Shown in pieces: positions 1-10,095 of a DNA stretch of 64,000 bases. Source of the stretch: a virus. The position numbers were made by a program, and so were the translations under genes. Within the stretch, counting starts at the first letter, position 1. Every line of letters begins with the position of its first letter. Where the stretch lies: IMG/VR virus record IMGVR_UViG_3300035670_000182; one strand, written 5' to 3'. The notes beneath the pieces were generated by a model. The model did not search any database. It had not been told where the DNA came from and saw only the letters and a program-made list of their open reading frames with translations.

Positions 1-47
1 CGTCGCCCGATGAAACTCTAAACGCTCAGGTCAAGACGACTGCGTGG

Positions 48-554
48 ATGGAAAAGCTCGGCATCGTCGATGACGACAGCGCCATTGTCAAAGAGGCCGA
101 CGCCAAGGCCGCACGCAAAGTATTCTCGGCCCTTGCCGGCACTGCCCCACCTGCCGAAGCCAAGGTCCAGCTCACCCAGATCAAAACCCCCGAAGCCGTG
201 CGCCACCTCGTTGCTATGCTGTCCGCATACGACTGGGAGTTCGTCGAGATGGCCAAGGAGCTGCGCGGCATGGCCGTGGCCAAAATTCTTGAAGAGACCA
301 ACCACCCCGACGCCCGCATCCGCTTGAAAGCGTTAGACATGCTGGGCAAGGTGACCGAAGTGGGCCTCTTCACCGAGCGCATCGAGGTCAAGAACACCGA
401 CATGACCGACTCGGAAATCGACAAACGCATCAAGGACAAACTGGCCAAATTCATTGGGGTGACCGACGTAGACGTGACAGACGTTGAGCCAGCCGGTGAG
501 CAAGCACTAACTTATGAACCTGAACAACCTGACACTGACGCCAGCGGAGATTAA
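48..554 (+). CDS. hypothetical protein, possibly terminase small subunit
   Basis: 168-aa ORF directly upstream of and overlapping the TerL start, the usual TerS position. No diagnostic motif. The true start may lie upstream of the window. Confidence 0.3.
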   Translation: MEKLGIVDDDSAIVKEADAKAARKVFSALAGTAPPAEAKVQLTQIKTPEAVRHLVAMLSAYDWEFVEMAKELRGMAVAKILEETNHPDARIRLKALDMLGKVTEVGLFTERIEVKNTDMTDSEIDKRIKDKLAKFIGVTDVDVTDVEPAGEQALTYEPEQPDTDASGD

Positions 555-2052
555 GGCCATCCAAGCCGCGCTGCCGAAAATGTCGGTGGCCGAGAAGATG
601 GAGCTGTTCGACATGCTGGAAGAGCGCGAGCGTCGCAGCCTCGTCGCCGGCGCACGCAAGGGCATGATCGACTTCGCCAAGTATGTCTACCCCGGGTTCA
701 AAGTTGGCCCCCACCACAAGAAGCTAGCCCAGATCTTCACCGACGTGATCGAGGGCAAGAAAAAGCGGGTCATCATCAACATCGCCCCTCGTATGGGTAA
801 GTCCGAGTTCAGCTCGTACCTGTTCCCAGCGTACTTCCTTGGCCAGTACCCAGACAAGAAGATCATCATGGGCACTCACACCGCGGGCCTGTCCGAAGAC
901 TTTGGCCGGCGCATCCGAAACCTGTTAGACAGCGATGAGTACAAAGAACTTTTTCCAAAGACTGCTGTGGCTGCTGACCAGTCTGCCGCCGGCAAATGGT
1001 CCACGTCTGCTGGTGGCCAGTATTACGCTGCCGGTGTTGGCGGCGCTTTGGCTGGTCGTGGTGCCGACCTATTTGTTATTGATGACCCGCACTCGGAACA
1101 AGACGTCAAAATTAACTCACGTCTAGCGTTTGACACGGCGTGGAACTGGTTCCAAACCGGCCCGTTGCAACGCTTGATGCCCGGCGGTGCGATCATCGTC
1201 ATCATGACCCGCTGGTCTCTGCTTGACCTGACAGCCCGACTGATTGATTACCAGACCAAGAACCCCGACGCAGACCAGTGGGAAGTGGTGGAGCTGCCCG
1301 CCATCCTCAACGAGAACACCCCTGAGGAAAAAAGCCTGTGGCCCGAGCAGTGGCCGCTGGAGCAGTTGAAGGCCAAACGTGCCAACTTGGACCCACGGTT
1401 CTGGAACGCCCAATACATGCAGCAGCCGACGTCGGATATGTCGGCCATCATCTCGCGAAAGCACTGGCGCATTTGGGAGGGGGCGGAGCCGCCCACCTGT
1501 GAGTACATCATCCAGTCATGGGACACGGCCTTTGAAACCAAAAACAACTCCGACTACAGTGCCTGTACTACTTGGGGGGTCTGGTACAACGAGGAAGAAA
1601 ACGACGCAGCTCAGCTTATCTTGCTTGATGCTTTCAAAGACCGCATGGGTTTCCCAGAACTCAAGCAAGTCGCCCACAAGCACTGGAAAGAGTGGGACCC
1701 AGACGCCTTCATTGTTGAAAAGAAAGCTGCGGGCGCACCACTGATTCAAGAGCTGCGCAACATGGGCATACCTGTTCAGGAATTTACACCGAGCCGCGGA
1801 AACGATAAGATGGTGCGTCTTAACGCCGTGGCAGACCTGTTCTCTTCGGGTAAAGTCTGGGCTCCTGACACGCGCTGGGCGCGAGAAGTCGTTGAGGAAG
1901 TGGCCGCTTTCCCTGTTGGGGAGCACGACGACTTCGTGGACACACTAAGTCAAGCACTTTTGCGGTTTAGACAAGGCGGCTTTATTTCGCTTGACAGCGA
2001 CGAAGCCGACGAACCTCGGTTTTTTAAGCGGCGCACACACGCCTACTACTGA
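514..2052 (+). CDS. terL: terminase large subunit
   Basis: 512 aa. N-terminal ATPase region (MGKSEF..., VIDDPH Walker-B-like). C-terminal RNaseH-like nuclease region (IIQSWDTAFE..., FIVEKKAAG) as in Terminase_6-type TerL. Confidence 0.85.
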   Translation: MNLNNLTLTPAEIKAIQAALPKMSVAEKMELFDMLEERERRSLVAGARKGMIDFAKYVYPGFKVGPHHKKLAQIFTDVIEGKKKRVIINIAPRMGKSEFSSYLFPAYFLGQYPDKKIIMGTHTAGLSEDFGRRIRNLLDSDEYKELFPKTAVAADQSAAGKWSTSAGGQYYAAGVGGALAGRGADLFVIDDPHSEQDVKINSRLAFDTAWNWFQTGPLQRLMPGGAIIVIMTRWSLLDLTARLIDYQTKNPDADQWEVVELPAILNENTPEEKSLWPEQWPLEQLKAKRANLDPRFWNAQYMQQPTSDMSAIISRKHWRIWEGAEPPTCEYIIQSWDTAFETKNNSDYSACTTWGVWYNEEENDAAQLILLDAFKDRMGFPELKQVAHKHWKEWDPDAFIVEKKAAGAPLIQELRNMGIPVQEFTPSRGNDKMVRLNAVADLFSSGKVWAPDTRWAREVVEEVAAFPVGEHDDFVDTLSQALLRFRQGGFISLDSDEADEPRFFKRRTHAYY

Positions 2053-2095
2053 CATGACGATTTTTTTGATATACTGCGTCGTCATAGGAGGTCTT

Positions 2096-2602
2096 ATGCT
2101 GACATGCCGTGTGTGCAAACAACTACTACCTGAAAGTCTTTTTTCAAAAGACAAACACACAAGCTCCGGACTTCGCTCCGCTTGTAAAACCTGCTCGAAA
2201 GAAGAGTTCCGTAAGTACAAGCAAACAGACGCCTACCACGAACGCCTACTGCGTCAAAAAAATGCACGGGCAGAAGAAAAACAGGTCTCCCCACGGGTGC
2301 GATGGGCCAAAATAGCGTACGGAAACGCTGCTCGACGGGCTAAAAAAGCAAAGCGGGAGTTCACGCTTACGCTGCAACAACTTATTGACATGGCGCCAAC
2401 ACATTGCCCGTTGCTCAATGTCGAGTTAGACTACGCCGCAACCGTAAGCGCCGCAAACAGCGCGTCTATAGACCGCATTGACAGCACCCGCGGGTATACA
2501 CACGACAACTGCAAAGTCATTTCGTTCAAAGCCAACAGGATTAAGACCAACGCAACGCTGGCAGAAATAGTGTTGTTGGCTAAGAACATGCAACACTATT
2601 GA
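2096..2602 (+). CDS. HNH homing endonuclease
   Basis: Cys-rich N-terminus (CRVCKQ..CKTCSK). HNH core IDRIDSTRGYTHDNCKVISFKANRIKTN. AGGAGG SD 7 nt upstream of the ATG at 2096. AT-richer than its flanks. An alternative in-frame start exists at 2054. Confidence 0.7.
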   Translation: MLTCRVCKQLLPESLFSKDKHTSSGLRSACKTCSKEEFRKYKQTDAYHERLLRQKNARAEEKQVSPRVRWAKIAYGNAARRAKKAKREFTLTLQQLIDMAPTHCPLLNVELDYAATVSAANSASIDRIDSTRGYTHDNCKVISFKANRIKTNATLAEIVLLAKNMQHY

Positions 2603-5049
2603 GGACCGGTATGGCCACTAACATTGACAAAGCTCTTTTCCTACAACCGCAAGGCATCGGTGACGCCGCGCAAGCTGAGGATGGCATCGAAATCGAGATT
2701 GTTGACCCAGAAGAGGTCAAAATCGGCATGGACGGCTTGGAAATCGAGATCGAGCCGGGGAAAGAAACCGAAGACGACTTCGGTGCCAACCTCGCCGAGA
2801 GCATGGACCCTTCGGCCTTGGCCACCATGGCTGGTGAGCTGGACGGAGACATTGAAAACGACAAGAATTCCCGCAAAGACTGGGAAAAAGCCTACGTTGA
2901 GGGCCTGAAATTGCTGGGCTTGCAGTACGAAGAGCGTACCGAGCCGTGGAATGGCGCCTGCGGCGTGTTCCACCCTATGATTACCGAGGCCGTGGTGCGC
3001 TTCCAGTCGGAAACCATCACTGAAACCTTCCCTGCACAGGGCCCTGTCAAGACAAAAATCATTGGCAAAGAGACGCCTCAGAAGCAAGAAGCTGCTGTGC
3101 GCGTGCAAGACGACATGAACTACGAGTTGACCGAGGTCATGAAGGAGTTCCGCCCCGAGCACGAGCGCATGCTGTGGTCTTTGCCCGCCACCGGCTCGGC
3201 TTTCAAGAAGGTCTACTACGACCCAAGCTTTGGCCGCCAAGTCTCCATGTTCGTGCCAGCCGAAGACATCCTGTTGCCCTACGGCACCACCGAGCTGGAC
3301 AAGTGCTACCGCTTGACACACGTCATGCGCAAGACAAAGAACGAGCTGACCAAGCTGATGCAGGCGGGCTTCTATCGCGAGATCGAGCTGCCAGACCCAG
3401 ACAAGGCCAAGTCAGACATCGAGAAAGCCAAGGACAAGGAAACCGGCTTCTCCGACACAAACGACGACCGCTACACCCTGTACGAGTGCCACGTTGACCT
3501 CGACTTGGAAGGCTACGAAGACAAGGAAGACGGCGAACCCACCGGTATCGCCCTGCCGTACGTGGTGACCATGCTCAAGGGCTCCAACGACGTGCTGGCC
3601 ATCCGCCGCAACTGGGAAGAAGACGATGAACTCAAGCTCAAACGACAACACTTCGTCCACTACCAATACATCCCCGGCTTCGGAGCCTACGGCTTCGGAC
3701 TGTTTCACCTCATCGGGGGCTACGCCAAATCAGCCACAAGCATCATGCGTCAGTTGGTGGACGCGGGAACATTGTCAAACCTGCCCGGTGGCCTCAAATC
3801 ACGCGGCCTTCGCATTAAAGGTGATGACACACCGATTGCCCCCGGCGAGTGGCGCGATGTAGACATTGGCTCGGGCGCTATGCGCGATGCCATCTTGCCG
3901 CTTCCTTACAAGGAGCCAAGCGCGGTTCTGGCCGCCCTGATGGACAAGATCGTCGAGGAAGGCCGTCGCTTCGCCGCCACAGCGGACATGAAGATTGCCG
4001 ACATGAGCGCTCAGGCACCGGTGGGCACGACTCTGGCCTTGTTGGAGCGCCAGCTCAAAGTCATGACCGCTGTGCAGGCCCGTCTGCACTACACATTCAA
4101 GCAGGAATTGCAGTTGTTGGCCGCGATCATTCGCGACTACACCGACGCTGACTACAACTACGACCCAGAAGAAGGCAGCCGCAAAGCCAAACAAGCGGAC
4201 TACAACCATGTGGACATCATCCCCGTGTCGGACCCCAACGCCGCCACGATGTCTCAGCGGGTCATTCAGTACCAAGCGGTCATTCAGATGGCCCAGATGG
4301 CGCCGGATATCTACGACTTGCCCCAGTTGCACCGCCGCATGTTGGAAGTGCTGGGCATCAAGAACGCTGACAAGCTGGTGCCCCTGCCTGACGACATGGT
4401 GCCTCGCGACCCGGTGACCGAGAACATGGACGTGTTGAAGGGCGAGCCTGTCAAGGCTTTCCTGTTCCAAGACCACGAGTCGCACATCGCCGTGCACATG
4501 GCCATGATGAACGACCCAACCGTGGCGGCCATGATTGGCCAGAACCCCCGTGCACCTCAGATCAATGCAGCGCTCACGGCCCACATTGCCGAGCACGTTG
4601 GCTACGCCTACCGCCAGAAAATCGAGCAGCAGCTCGGCTTGCCGCTGCCGCCCGAGGACGAGAAGCTCCCGCCAGAGATCGAGGTGGCCTTGTCCGGCAT
4701 GATGGCTCAGGCTGCCAACCAAGTGCTGCAACAAAGCCAACAGCAAGCTGCCATGCAGCAAGCGCAACAACAAGCCCAAGACCCTGTTGTACAAATGCAA
4801 CAGAAGGAATTGGAAATAAAGGCCGAGGAAGTCGCCATCAAGCGCGACAAGCTGAAGCTCGACGAGATGAAAATCACCGGCGACCAGCAACTGGCCGGCA
4901 TCAAGGTGGGTGCACAGATCAAAGACAGCCAAGCGAAGCTGGCGTCAAAAGAGCGTACAGACGGTGTTCGTATGGGCATCGACATCGCCAAGGCGAAGCA
5001 AGACCTGCAACGCCAGCAAACAAAACCTAAGGAGAAGCCGACCAAATGA
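2599..5049 (+). CDS. portal protein
   Basis: 816-aa protein directly after TerL/HNH with a Gln-rich C-terminal tail. Size and position are typical of podovirus portals. No sharp motif. Confidence 0.65.
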   Translation: MRTGMATNIDKALFLQPQGIGDAAQAEDGIEIEIVDPEEVKIGMDGLEIEIEPGKETEDDFGANLAESMDPSALATMAGELDGDIENDKNSRKDWEKAYVEGLKLLGLQYEERTEPWNGACGVFHPMITEAVVRFQSETITETFPAQGPVKTKIIGKETPQKQEAAVRVQDDMNYELTEVMKEFRPEHERMLWSLPATGSAFKKVYYDPSFGRQVSMFVPAEDILLPYGTTELDKCYRLTHVMRKTKNELTKLMQAGFYREIELPDPDKAKSDIEKAKDKETGFSDTNDDRYTLYECHVDLDLEGYEDKEDGEPTGIALPYVVTMLKGSNDVLAIRRNWEEDDELKLKRQHFVHYQYIPGFGAYGFGLFHLIGGYAKSATSIMRQLVDAGTLSNLPGGLKSRGLRIKGDDTPIAPGEWRDVDIGSGAMRDAILPLPYKEPSAVLAALMDKIVEEGRRFAATADMKIADMSAQAPVGTTLALLERQLKVMTAVQARLHYTFKQELQLLAAIIRDYTDADYNYDPEEGSRKAKQADYNHVDIIPVSDPNAATMSQRVIQYQAVIQMAQMAPDIYDLPQLHRRMLEVLGIKNADKLVPLPDDMVPRDPVTENMDVLKGEPVKAFLFQDHESHIAVHMAMMNDPTVAAMIGQNPRAPQINAALTAHIAEHVGYAYRQKIEQQLGLPLPPEDEKLPPEIEVALSGMMAQAANQVLQQSQQQAAMQQAQQQAQDPVVQMQQKELEIKAEEVAIKRDKLKLDEMKITGDQQLAGIKVGAQIKDSQAKLASKERTDGVRMGIDIAKAKQDLQRQQTKPKEKPTK

Positions 5050-5243
5050 TTTCCGAATTCGCACGCGTATTGCGCGAACAAATACGCAAAGACCTAAACA
5101 ACTACGCTGATGATCTGGCCAGCGGAGTGTGCCAAAACTACGACCAGTATCAAAAACTCTGTGGGGTGATTCAAGGCCTAGCCCAAGCAGAGCGCTACAT
5201 CATCGACCTTGCTGACAAAGTGGAGAAAGCTAATGACGACTGA
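5046..5243 (+). CDS. hypothetical protein
   Basis: 65-aa ORF translationally coupled to the portal stop (ATGA overlap). Confidence 0.35.
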   Translation: MISEFARVLREQIRKDLNNYADDLASGVCQNYDQYQKLCGVIQGLAQAERYIIDLADKVEKANDD

Positions 5244-5682
5244 GAATGAAGCGGGTTTAATCCTGCCTCCCGGTATTCAACTACCAAAACACATCCAGCC
5301 CGCGGATGCCCCCGAGCAGGATGCTGACGACGAAACCAAAGCAGGTGCGCTGCCATTCCCAACAGGATGGAAGTTGCTATGCGTTGTGCCAGAGGTTGAC
5401 GAAAAGATCGCCGGCACTAGCCTCGACCTCGTTCGAGACACTGCTTCCATGCGACAAGAAGAGAGCGCCACAACCGTTCTGTTCGTGCTGCGCGTGGGCC
5501 CAGACGCGTACAAAGACCCAGCCAAGTTCCCCACAGGCGCTTGGTGCAAAGAGGGCGACTTTGTGCTCGTGCGTACATATTCCGGTACGCGTTTCAAAAT
5601 TTTCGGAAAAGAGTTCCGCCTGATTAACGACGATCAAGTGGATGCTGTTGTGCAAGACCCCCGCGGTTTGACCCGCGCATAA
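5209..5682 (+). CDS. hypothetical head-morphogenesis protein
   Basis: 157-aa ORF between portal and scaffold. Internal ATG at 5233 is an alternative start. Confidence 0.35.
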   Translation: MLTKWRKLMTTENEAGLILPPGIQLPKHIQPADAPEQDADDETKAGALPFPTGWKLLCVVPEVDEKIAGTSLDLVRDTASMRQEESATTVLFVLRVGPDAYKDPAKFPTGAWCKEGDFVLVRTYSGTRFKIFGKEFRLINDDQVDAVVQDPRGLTRA

Positions 5683-5691
5683 GGAGTAAGT

Positions 5692-6663
5692 ATGGACTTA
5701 GATGATAAGTTCGAGTTTCCGGACGAAATCGAGGAAAAGCAAAAAGCTGCGGCTAATGCCAATCCACCGGCTGAGGACGAGGAATTTGAGATTGAAATCG
5801 TAGACGACACGCCCCCAAAGGACCGTGGCCGTAAGCCCCTCGAAAAAGAAGTCGAGGACCCCACAGACGACGAAATCGAGTCTTACTCGGATAAAGTCAA
5901 GTCGCGCATCAAAGAATTGACACACGCCCGTCACGACGAGCGCCGTGCCAAGGAAGCCACCCTGCGTGAAAAGCAGGAGCTTGAGCGTCTTACACAACAG
6001 TTGCTGGACGAGAACAAGCGTCTCAAACAGCACGTCAACACCGGTGAAGAGCAGTTCGCTACCCAGACCAAGACCCTTGCCGAGCGCGAGTTCGAGCAAG
6101 CCAAGGCCCAATTCAAGCAGGCATCGGAAGCGTTTGACACAGACGCCATGCTGGCTGCCCAAGAAGCGATGCTGGAAGCCAAGTGGAAATTGGAGGAAGC
6201 GAAAAAATTTAAGCCGACCCCTTTACAACACGAAGAAAGTGATGTACAAACACGCCATGTTCAACCCGAACATGTTCAAGCGGACGAAAAAACCTTGCGC
6301 TGGCAAGCCAAAAACCAGTGGTTCGGAGCAAGCGGGTTTGAAGACGTTACCAGCTACGCACTAGGGCTGCATCAGAAGCTAGTGACATCCGGTGTGGACC
6401 CCCGCACGGATGAATATTTCGAGCAAATTGATGCTCGCGTTAAGTCGAAGTTCCCCGAAATCTTCGGTGGCACTAACGACGGCCAGCGGTCAAATGAGAC
6501 CCCTGTTAAAAAACCCGCATCGGTTGTAGCTCCCGCCAGTCGCTCGACTGGTAAACGCACAGTCCAACTAACTCCGACACAAGCAGCCCTTGTGAAACGA
6601 TTTAACTTGGACCCGAAAAAATACGCCGCTGAAGTTTTGAAACTGGAGAAAACAAATGACTAA
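5692..6663 (+). CDS. scaffolding protein
   Basis: 323 aa, acidic N-terminus, long E/K/Q-rich predicted coiled coil. Lies between portal and capsid genes. Strong SD AAGGAGTAAGT. Confidence 0.55.
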   Translation: MDLDDKFEFPDEIEEKQKAAANANPPAEDEEFEIEIVDDTPPKDRGRKPLEKEVEDPTDDEIESYSDKVKSRIKELTHARHDERRAKEATLREKQELERLTQQLLDENKRLKQHVNTGEEQFATQTKTLAEREFEQAKAQFKQASEAFDTDAMLAAQEAMLEAKWKLEEAKKFKPTPLQHEESDVQTRHVQPEHVQADEKTLRWQAKNQWFGASGFEDVTSYALGLHQKLVTSGVDPRTDEYFEQIDARVKSKFPEIFGGTNDGQRSNETPVKKPASVVAPASRSTGKRTVQLTPTQAALVKRFNLDPKKYAAEVLKLEKTND

Positions 6664-7105
6664 CCGCAACCCTCGTGATTTAGTGTCACGCGAAAAAGAA
6701 GTTCGTGCTGTATACGTACCGCCGACATCTCTGCCCGATCCAACACCTGAGCCCGGATATGTGTATCGCTGGATTGCGACCCACGTTCTAGGACAGGCGG
6801 AACCAACCAACGTGTCTCGTAAGATGCGCGAAGGCTGGGCCCCGGTGAAGGCAGAGGACCATCCGGAGCTGATGCTTTTGGGTAACGAGAAAACTGGCAA
6901 CGTCGAAATTGGCGGTCTCATGCTTTGCAAGATGACTGTCGAACAAGCCCGCGCCCGTGATGCTTATTACAACCAGCAAGCGCAGAACCAGATGGACTCA
7001 GTGGACAACCACTTCATGCGAAACAACGACCCTCGCATGCCGCTGTTCAGTGACCGCAAGTCATCGACCAGTCGCGGCGGCGGTTTTGGTTCAGGTTCTA
7101 AGTAA
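6656..7105 (+). CDS. hypothetical structural protein
   Basis: 149-aa ORF overlapping the scaffold stop. Gly-rich C-terminus. Confidence 0.4.
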   Translation: MTNRNPRDLVSREKEVRAVYVPPTSLPDPTPEPGYVYRWIATHVLGQAEPTNVSRKMREGWAPVKAEDHPELMLLGNEKTGNVEIGGLMLCKMTVEQARARDAYYNQQAQNQMDSVDNHFMRNNDPRMPLFSDRKSSTSRGGGFGSGSK

Positions 7106-7120
7106 ACAAGGAGTCCTTAA

Positions 7121-7732
7121 ATGGCATCTACCGCTTCTCCCTACGGTTTGAAACCCGTAAATCGAGTTGACGGCCTCCCATACGCTGGCGAGACACGTCG
7201 ATTGCTGATTACCCCTGCTGGTTACGCCAGCAACATCTTCTACGGCCAAGTCGTGAAGATTCATACCGACGGCTACATCAATCTCGTGACTGAGACTGGC
7301 GGCACTGGCGACGCATTCCCTGCTGGCACCATCGGTGTCTTCGTGGGCTGCTCGTACACCAACGCCCAAGGTCAAACTGTGTTCTCACAGTACTACCCCT
7401 CTGGCGCAGCTAACGGCATCGCTTTCGTGATTGACGACGACCGCGCTGTGTTCCAAGTGCAAGCCGCAGGACAAGTTACCCAATCCCAATTGGGCCAAAA
7501 CGTGTTCTTCTCTGCTGCACAAAACGGCACCAACGGCTCTGGCGGCTCTACACAAACAGGCAATTCTCTGTCTGCTGTGAGCGCTACCTCGCAAGCCGGC
7601 ACCGCCGCGTTCCGCATCGTAGATTTCGTTAACATGCAAGGTTTCTCGCAAGTTGGCGACGCTTACACTGACTTGTTGGTTAAGTTCAACATTGCTCAGC
7701 ATTCGTACACCAACGCTACCGGCGTGGCATAA
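7121..7732 (+). CDS. putative capsid-associated / head-decoration protein
   Basis: 203 aa, beta-rich and Gly/Thr/Ala-rich. Strong SD AAGGAG. Immediately upstream of the major capsid gene. Confidence 0.4.
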   Translation: MASTASPYGLKPVNRVDGLPYAGETRRLLITPAGYASNIFYGQVVKIHTDGYINLVTETGGTGDAFPAGTIGVFVGCSYTNAQGQTVFSQYYPSGAANGIAFVIDDDRAVFQVQAAGQVTQSQLGQNVFFSAAQNGTNGSGGSTQTGNSLSAVSATSQAGTAAFRIVDFVNMQGFSQVGDAYTDLLVKFNIAQHSYTNATGVA

Positions 7733-7744
7733 GGAGAAACTTAA

Positions 7745-8674
7745 ATGGCAATTTCACGCGCACAACTGCTCAAGGAACTGTTGCCCGGCTTGAACGCTTT
7801 GTTCGGCATGGAGTACGCACGTTACGGCGAAGAGCACAAAGAACTCTACGAAACAGAGAAATCTGAGCGTAGCTTCGAAGAAGAAACCAAGTTGGCCGGC
7901 TTCGGTGCAGCTCCTGTTAAGAACGAAGGTTCTGCCATTGCTTATGACAATGCGCAAGAAGCGTTCACAGCACGCTACAACCACGAAACCATCGCCTTGG
8001 GCTTCTCGATCACCGAAGAAGCGATCGAAGACAACTTGTACGACAGCCTGTCTGCTCGTTACACCAAGTCTTTGGCCCGCGCCATGGCTTACACCAAGCA
8101 AGTTAAAGCTGCTTCCGTTGTCAACAACGGTTTCAACGGCAACTACCTCGGTGGCGACGGCGTGTCTTTGTTCGGCGTCAACTCATCCAGCCAACGTGTT
8201 GGCCATCCCTTGGTGAACGGTTCTGTTAACTACAACAGCCCCACCACTGGTGTTGACTTGAACGAAACCTCGTTGGAAAACGCTGTGATTCAGATCGCTG
8301 CTTGGACCGACGAACGTGGTCTGTTGATCGCAGCCAAGCCTCGCAAGTTGGTGATTCCTCCTGCACTGATGTTCGTTGCCAAGCGTTTGCTGGACACCGA
8401 ACTGCGTGTGGCAACCGCCGACAACGACATCAACGCGTTGAAGCAGATGGGTGCAATCCCTGAAGGCTACACTGTCAACCACTTCTTGACAGACAGCAAC
8501 GCTTGGTTCTTGTTGACCGACGTGCCTAACGGCTTGAAGCACTTCGAGCGTATGCCTTTGGCTAACTCGATGGACGGCGACTTCGATACTGGTAACGTTC
8601 GTTACAAGTCTCGTGAGCGTTACAGCTTCGGCTGGTCAGACCCCCTCGGGGTTTGGGGCAGCGCCGGAGCTTAA
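7745..8674 (+). CDS. major capsid protein
   Basis: 309 aa, strong SD TAAGGAGA. Follows the scaffold module. Followed by a strong intrinsic terminator, as is typical for a high-expression coat gene. Confidence 0.6.
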   Translation: MAISRAQLLKELLPGLNALFGMEYARYGEEHKELYETEKSERSFEEETKLAGFGAAPVKNEGSAIAYDNAQEAFTARYNHETIALGFSITEEAIEDNLYDSLSARYTKSLARAMAYTKQVKAASVVNNGFNGNYLGGDGVSLFGVNSSSQRVGHPLVNGSVNYNSPTTGVDLNETSLENAVIQIAAWTDERGLLIAAKPRKLVIPPALMFVAKRLLDTELRVATADNDINALKQMGAIPEGYTVNHFLTDSNAWFLLTDVPNGLKHFERMPLANSMDGDFDTGNVRYKSRERYSFGWSDPLGVWGSAGA

Positions 8675-8692
8675 TTCTGGCAAAACCTACAA

Positions 8693-8716
8693 GGGGGCTT
8701 CGGCCCCCTTTCTTTT
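8693..8716 (+). terminator. rho-independent terminator (UUCG tetraloop)
   Basis: GGGGGC-TTCG-GCCCCC hairpin followed by TTTCTTTT, directly after the capsid gene. Confidence 0.6.
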
Positions 8717-8756
8717 AGTGGTAGACTGGCACACACAACACCTTTTTAAGTTCTTT

Positions 8757-9347
8757 ATGCCATACAAAATAAACACTTGCGGGCTGTACAAACTGGTTAA
8801 CAAAGCAACCGGGCAGTGCTACGTGGGGCAGTCCCAAAGAGTTGAAAAACGCATCAAAGAACACTTTCGACTGCTACGCAAAGGGGCGCATACTAACCCG
8901 CATTTGCAGCACGCGTATAACAAATACGGCGCTGAGAATTTCTACGGCGCTATTGAGGTTGAATGCAAAGATTTGCAAGAACTGGACATGTTGGAAGAAA
9001 CCTTTTTGAAAGGCGCGGCTTGGTTTGTCGAGCCAACCGTGTACAACATAGCAGATTTTGCAAAAGCCCCCATGCGCGGTAAAAAACACAGTGAAGAAAC
9101 AAAAAAGCGAATTCGTTTGGGGCGACGAGCTACAACATTTGACTTTCGTTCCGAAACTTATAGAAAAACACTTTCAGAGGCGCAGATGGCACGCTTTCAC
9201 TCGGACCCGAAATTTATTGCACGGCTAAAATTTATTTTAGATAATCCGGACATGTCCTACGCTGAGCGTGCGCGGCGCGTTCAAAAAGACACAAGTTCAA
9301 CCCGGCGCTTGGCGCTAAAATACGCACACTTAAAAGGAGCCTTGTAA
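8757..9347 (+). CDS. GIY-YIG homing endonuclease
   Basis: GLYKLVN...CYVGQS...R..E..HYNKYG motifs of the GIY-YIG core plus a basic NUMOD-like C-terminus. Distinctly AT-rich. Inserted between capsid and downstream structural genes. Confidence 0.75.
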   Translation: MPYKINTCGLYKLVNKATGQCYVGQSQRVEKRIKEHFRLLRKGAHTNPHLQHAYNKYGAENFYGAIEVECKDLQELDMLEETFLKGAAWFVEPTVYNIADFAKAPMRGKKHSEETKKRIRLGRRATTFDFRSETYRKTLSEAQMARFHSDPKFIARLKFILDNPDMSYAERARRVQKDTSSTRRLALKYAHLKGAL

Positions 9348-9925
9348 TGGCACAAACTCGATTTTCTGGACCAGTAGCCTCAGACAACGGCTTTCTCACT
9401 GGCTCGGCAGCTTCCCCCTTGGCAGTTACAACTGCCGGCAACGTTAACGCTTCGTACGCCACCACTTCGGCTGCGACTGGCGACACACGTTTGACCTATC
9501 AACGCCTTACTTTCACTTCGACTGGTTCGGGTGAAACTGGTCGTTGGTTCTCTGTTGTTACCGGCGCAGGCGCTGCTGCTGGCGGCACTATCAACGGTGG
9601 CCACATCTCCTTGTCCGTCACTGGCTCTGGCACCATCTCTGGCGCCGCTAACGCTTTGCGCGTGACATTGGGCCTTGGCGCTGCTACCAACGCCGGCGGC
9701 ACTATCGCTTCGCTCCAGTTGGACTCCGACATTGCTTCTGACGCAACCGTGCCCGCAACCGCCGCCTTCATGCGTGTGTCTAACAGCGGCGCTACCGCTT
9801 TGGGCACCTTGATGAACGTGCCCGCAGCTATGTTGCAGGACACCACTGCCACCGCTACCAAAGGCATCAAGATTGTTGACGCTGCCGGTAACGACTACTT
9901 CATCCTCTGCGCCGCAGCCCTGTAA
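9347..9925 (+). CDS. Ala/Gly/Thr-rich structural protein
   Basis: 192-aa beta-rich low-complexity protein, TAATG-coupled to the upstream gene. Similar in character to 10079..10678. Confidence 0.4.
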   Translation: MAQTRFSGPVASDNGFLTGSAASPLAVTTAGNVNASYATTSAATGDTRLTYQRLTFTSTGSGETGRWFSVVTGAGAAAGGTINGGHISLSVTGSGTISGAANALRVTLGLGAATNAGGTIASLQLDSDIASDATVPATAAFMRVSNSGATALGTLMNVPAAMLQDTTATATKGIKIVDAAGNDYFILCAAAL

Positions 9926-10095
9926 TGCAAATTACAAAAGAGTTTCTTCAAGCAGAACTCGCCAAAATGGAAAAGCAACGTGACCACGCACATGACGTGG
10001 CCGTTGCGGCCCAAGCGGCGATGGATGTCTTGAGTGGCATGTTGGCACGCTTAGAGCTGCCAGAACCGGAGCAAGAAAATGGGAATGCAGTATGA
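9925..10095 (+). CDS. small hypothetical protein (56 aa)
   Basis: TAATG-coupled ORF filling the gap between two structural genes. Not in the ORF track because it is shorter than 60 aa. Confidence 0.2.
   Translation: MQITKEFLQAELAKMEKQRDHAHDVAVAAQAAMDVLSGMLARLELPEPEQENGNAV

Noticed and set aside
3799-4932. 377-aa minus-strand ORF antisense to the portal gene
   Set aside because: Lies entirely inside the portal gene. Protein is Leu/His/Gly/Val-rich and low-complexity, an artefact of the open antisense frame in GC-rich DNA.
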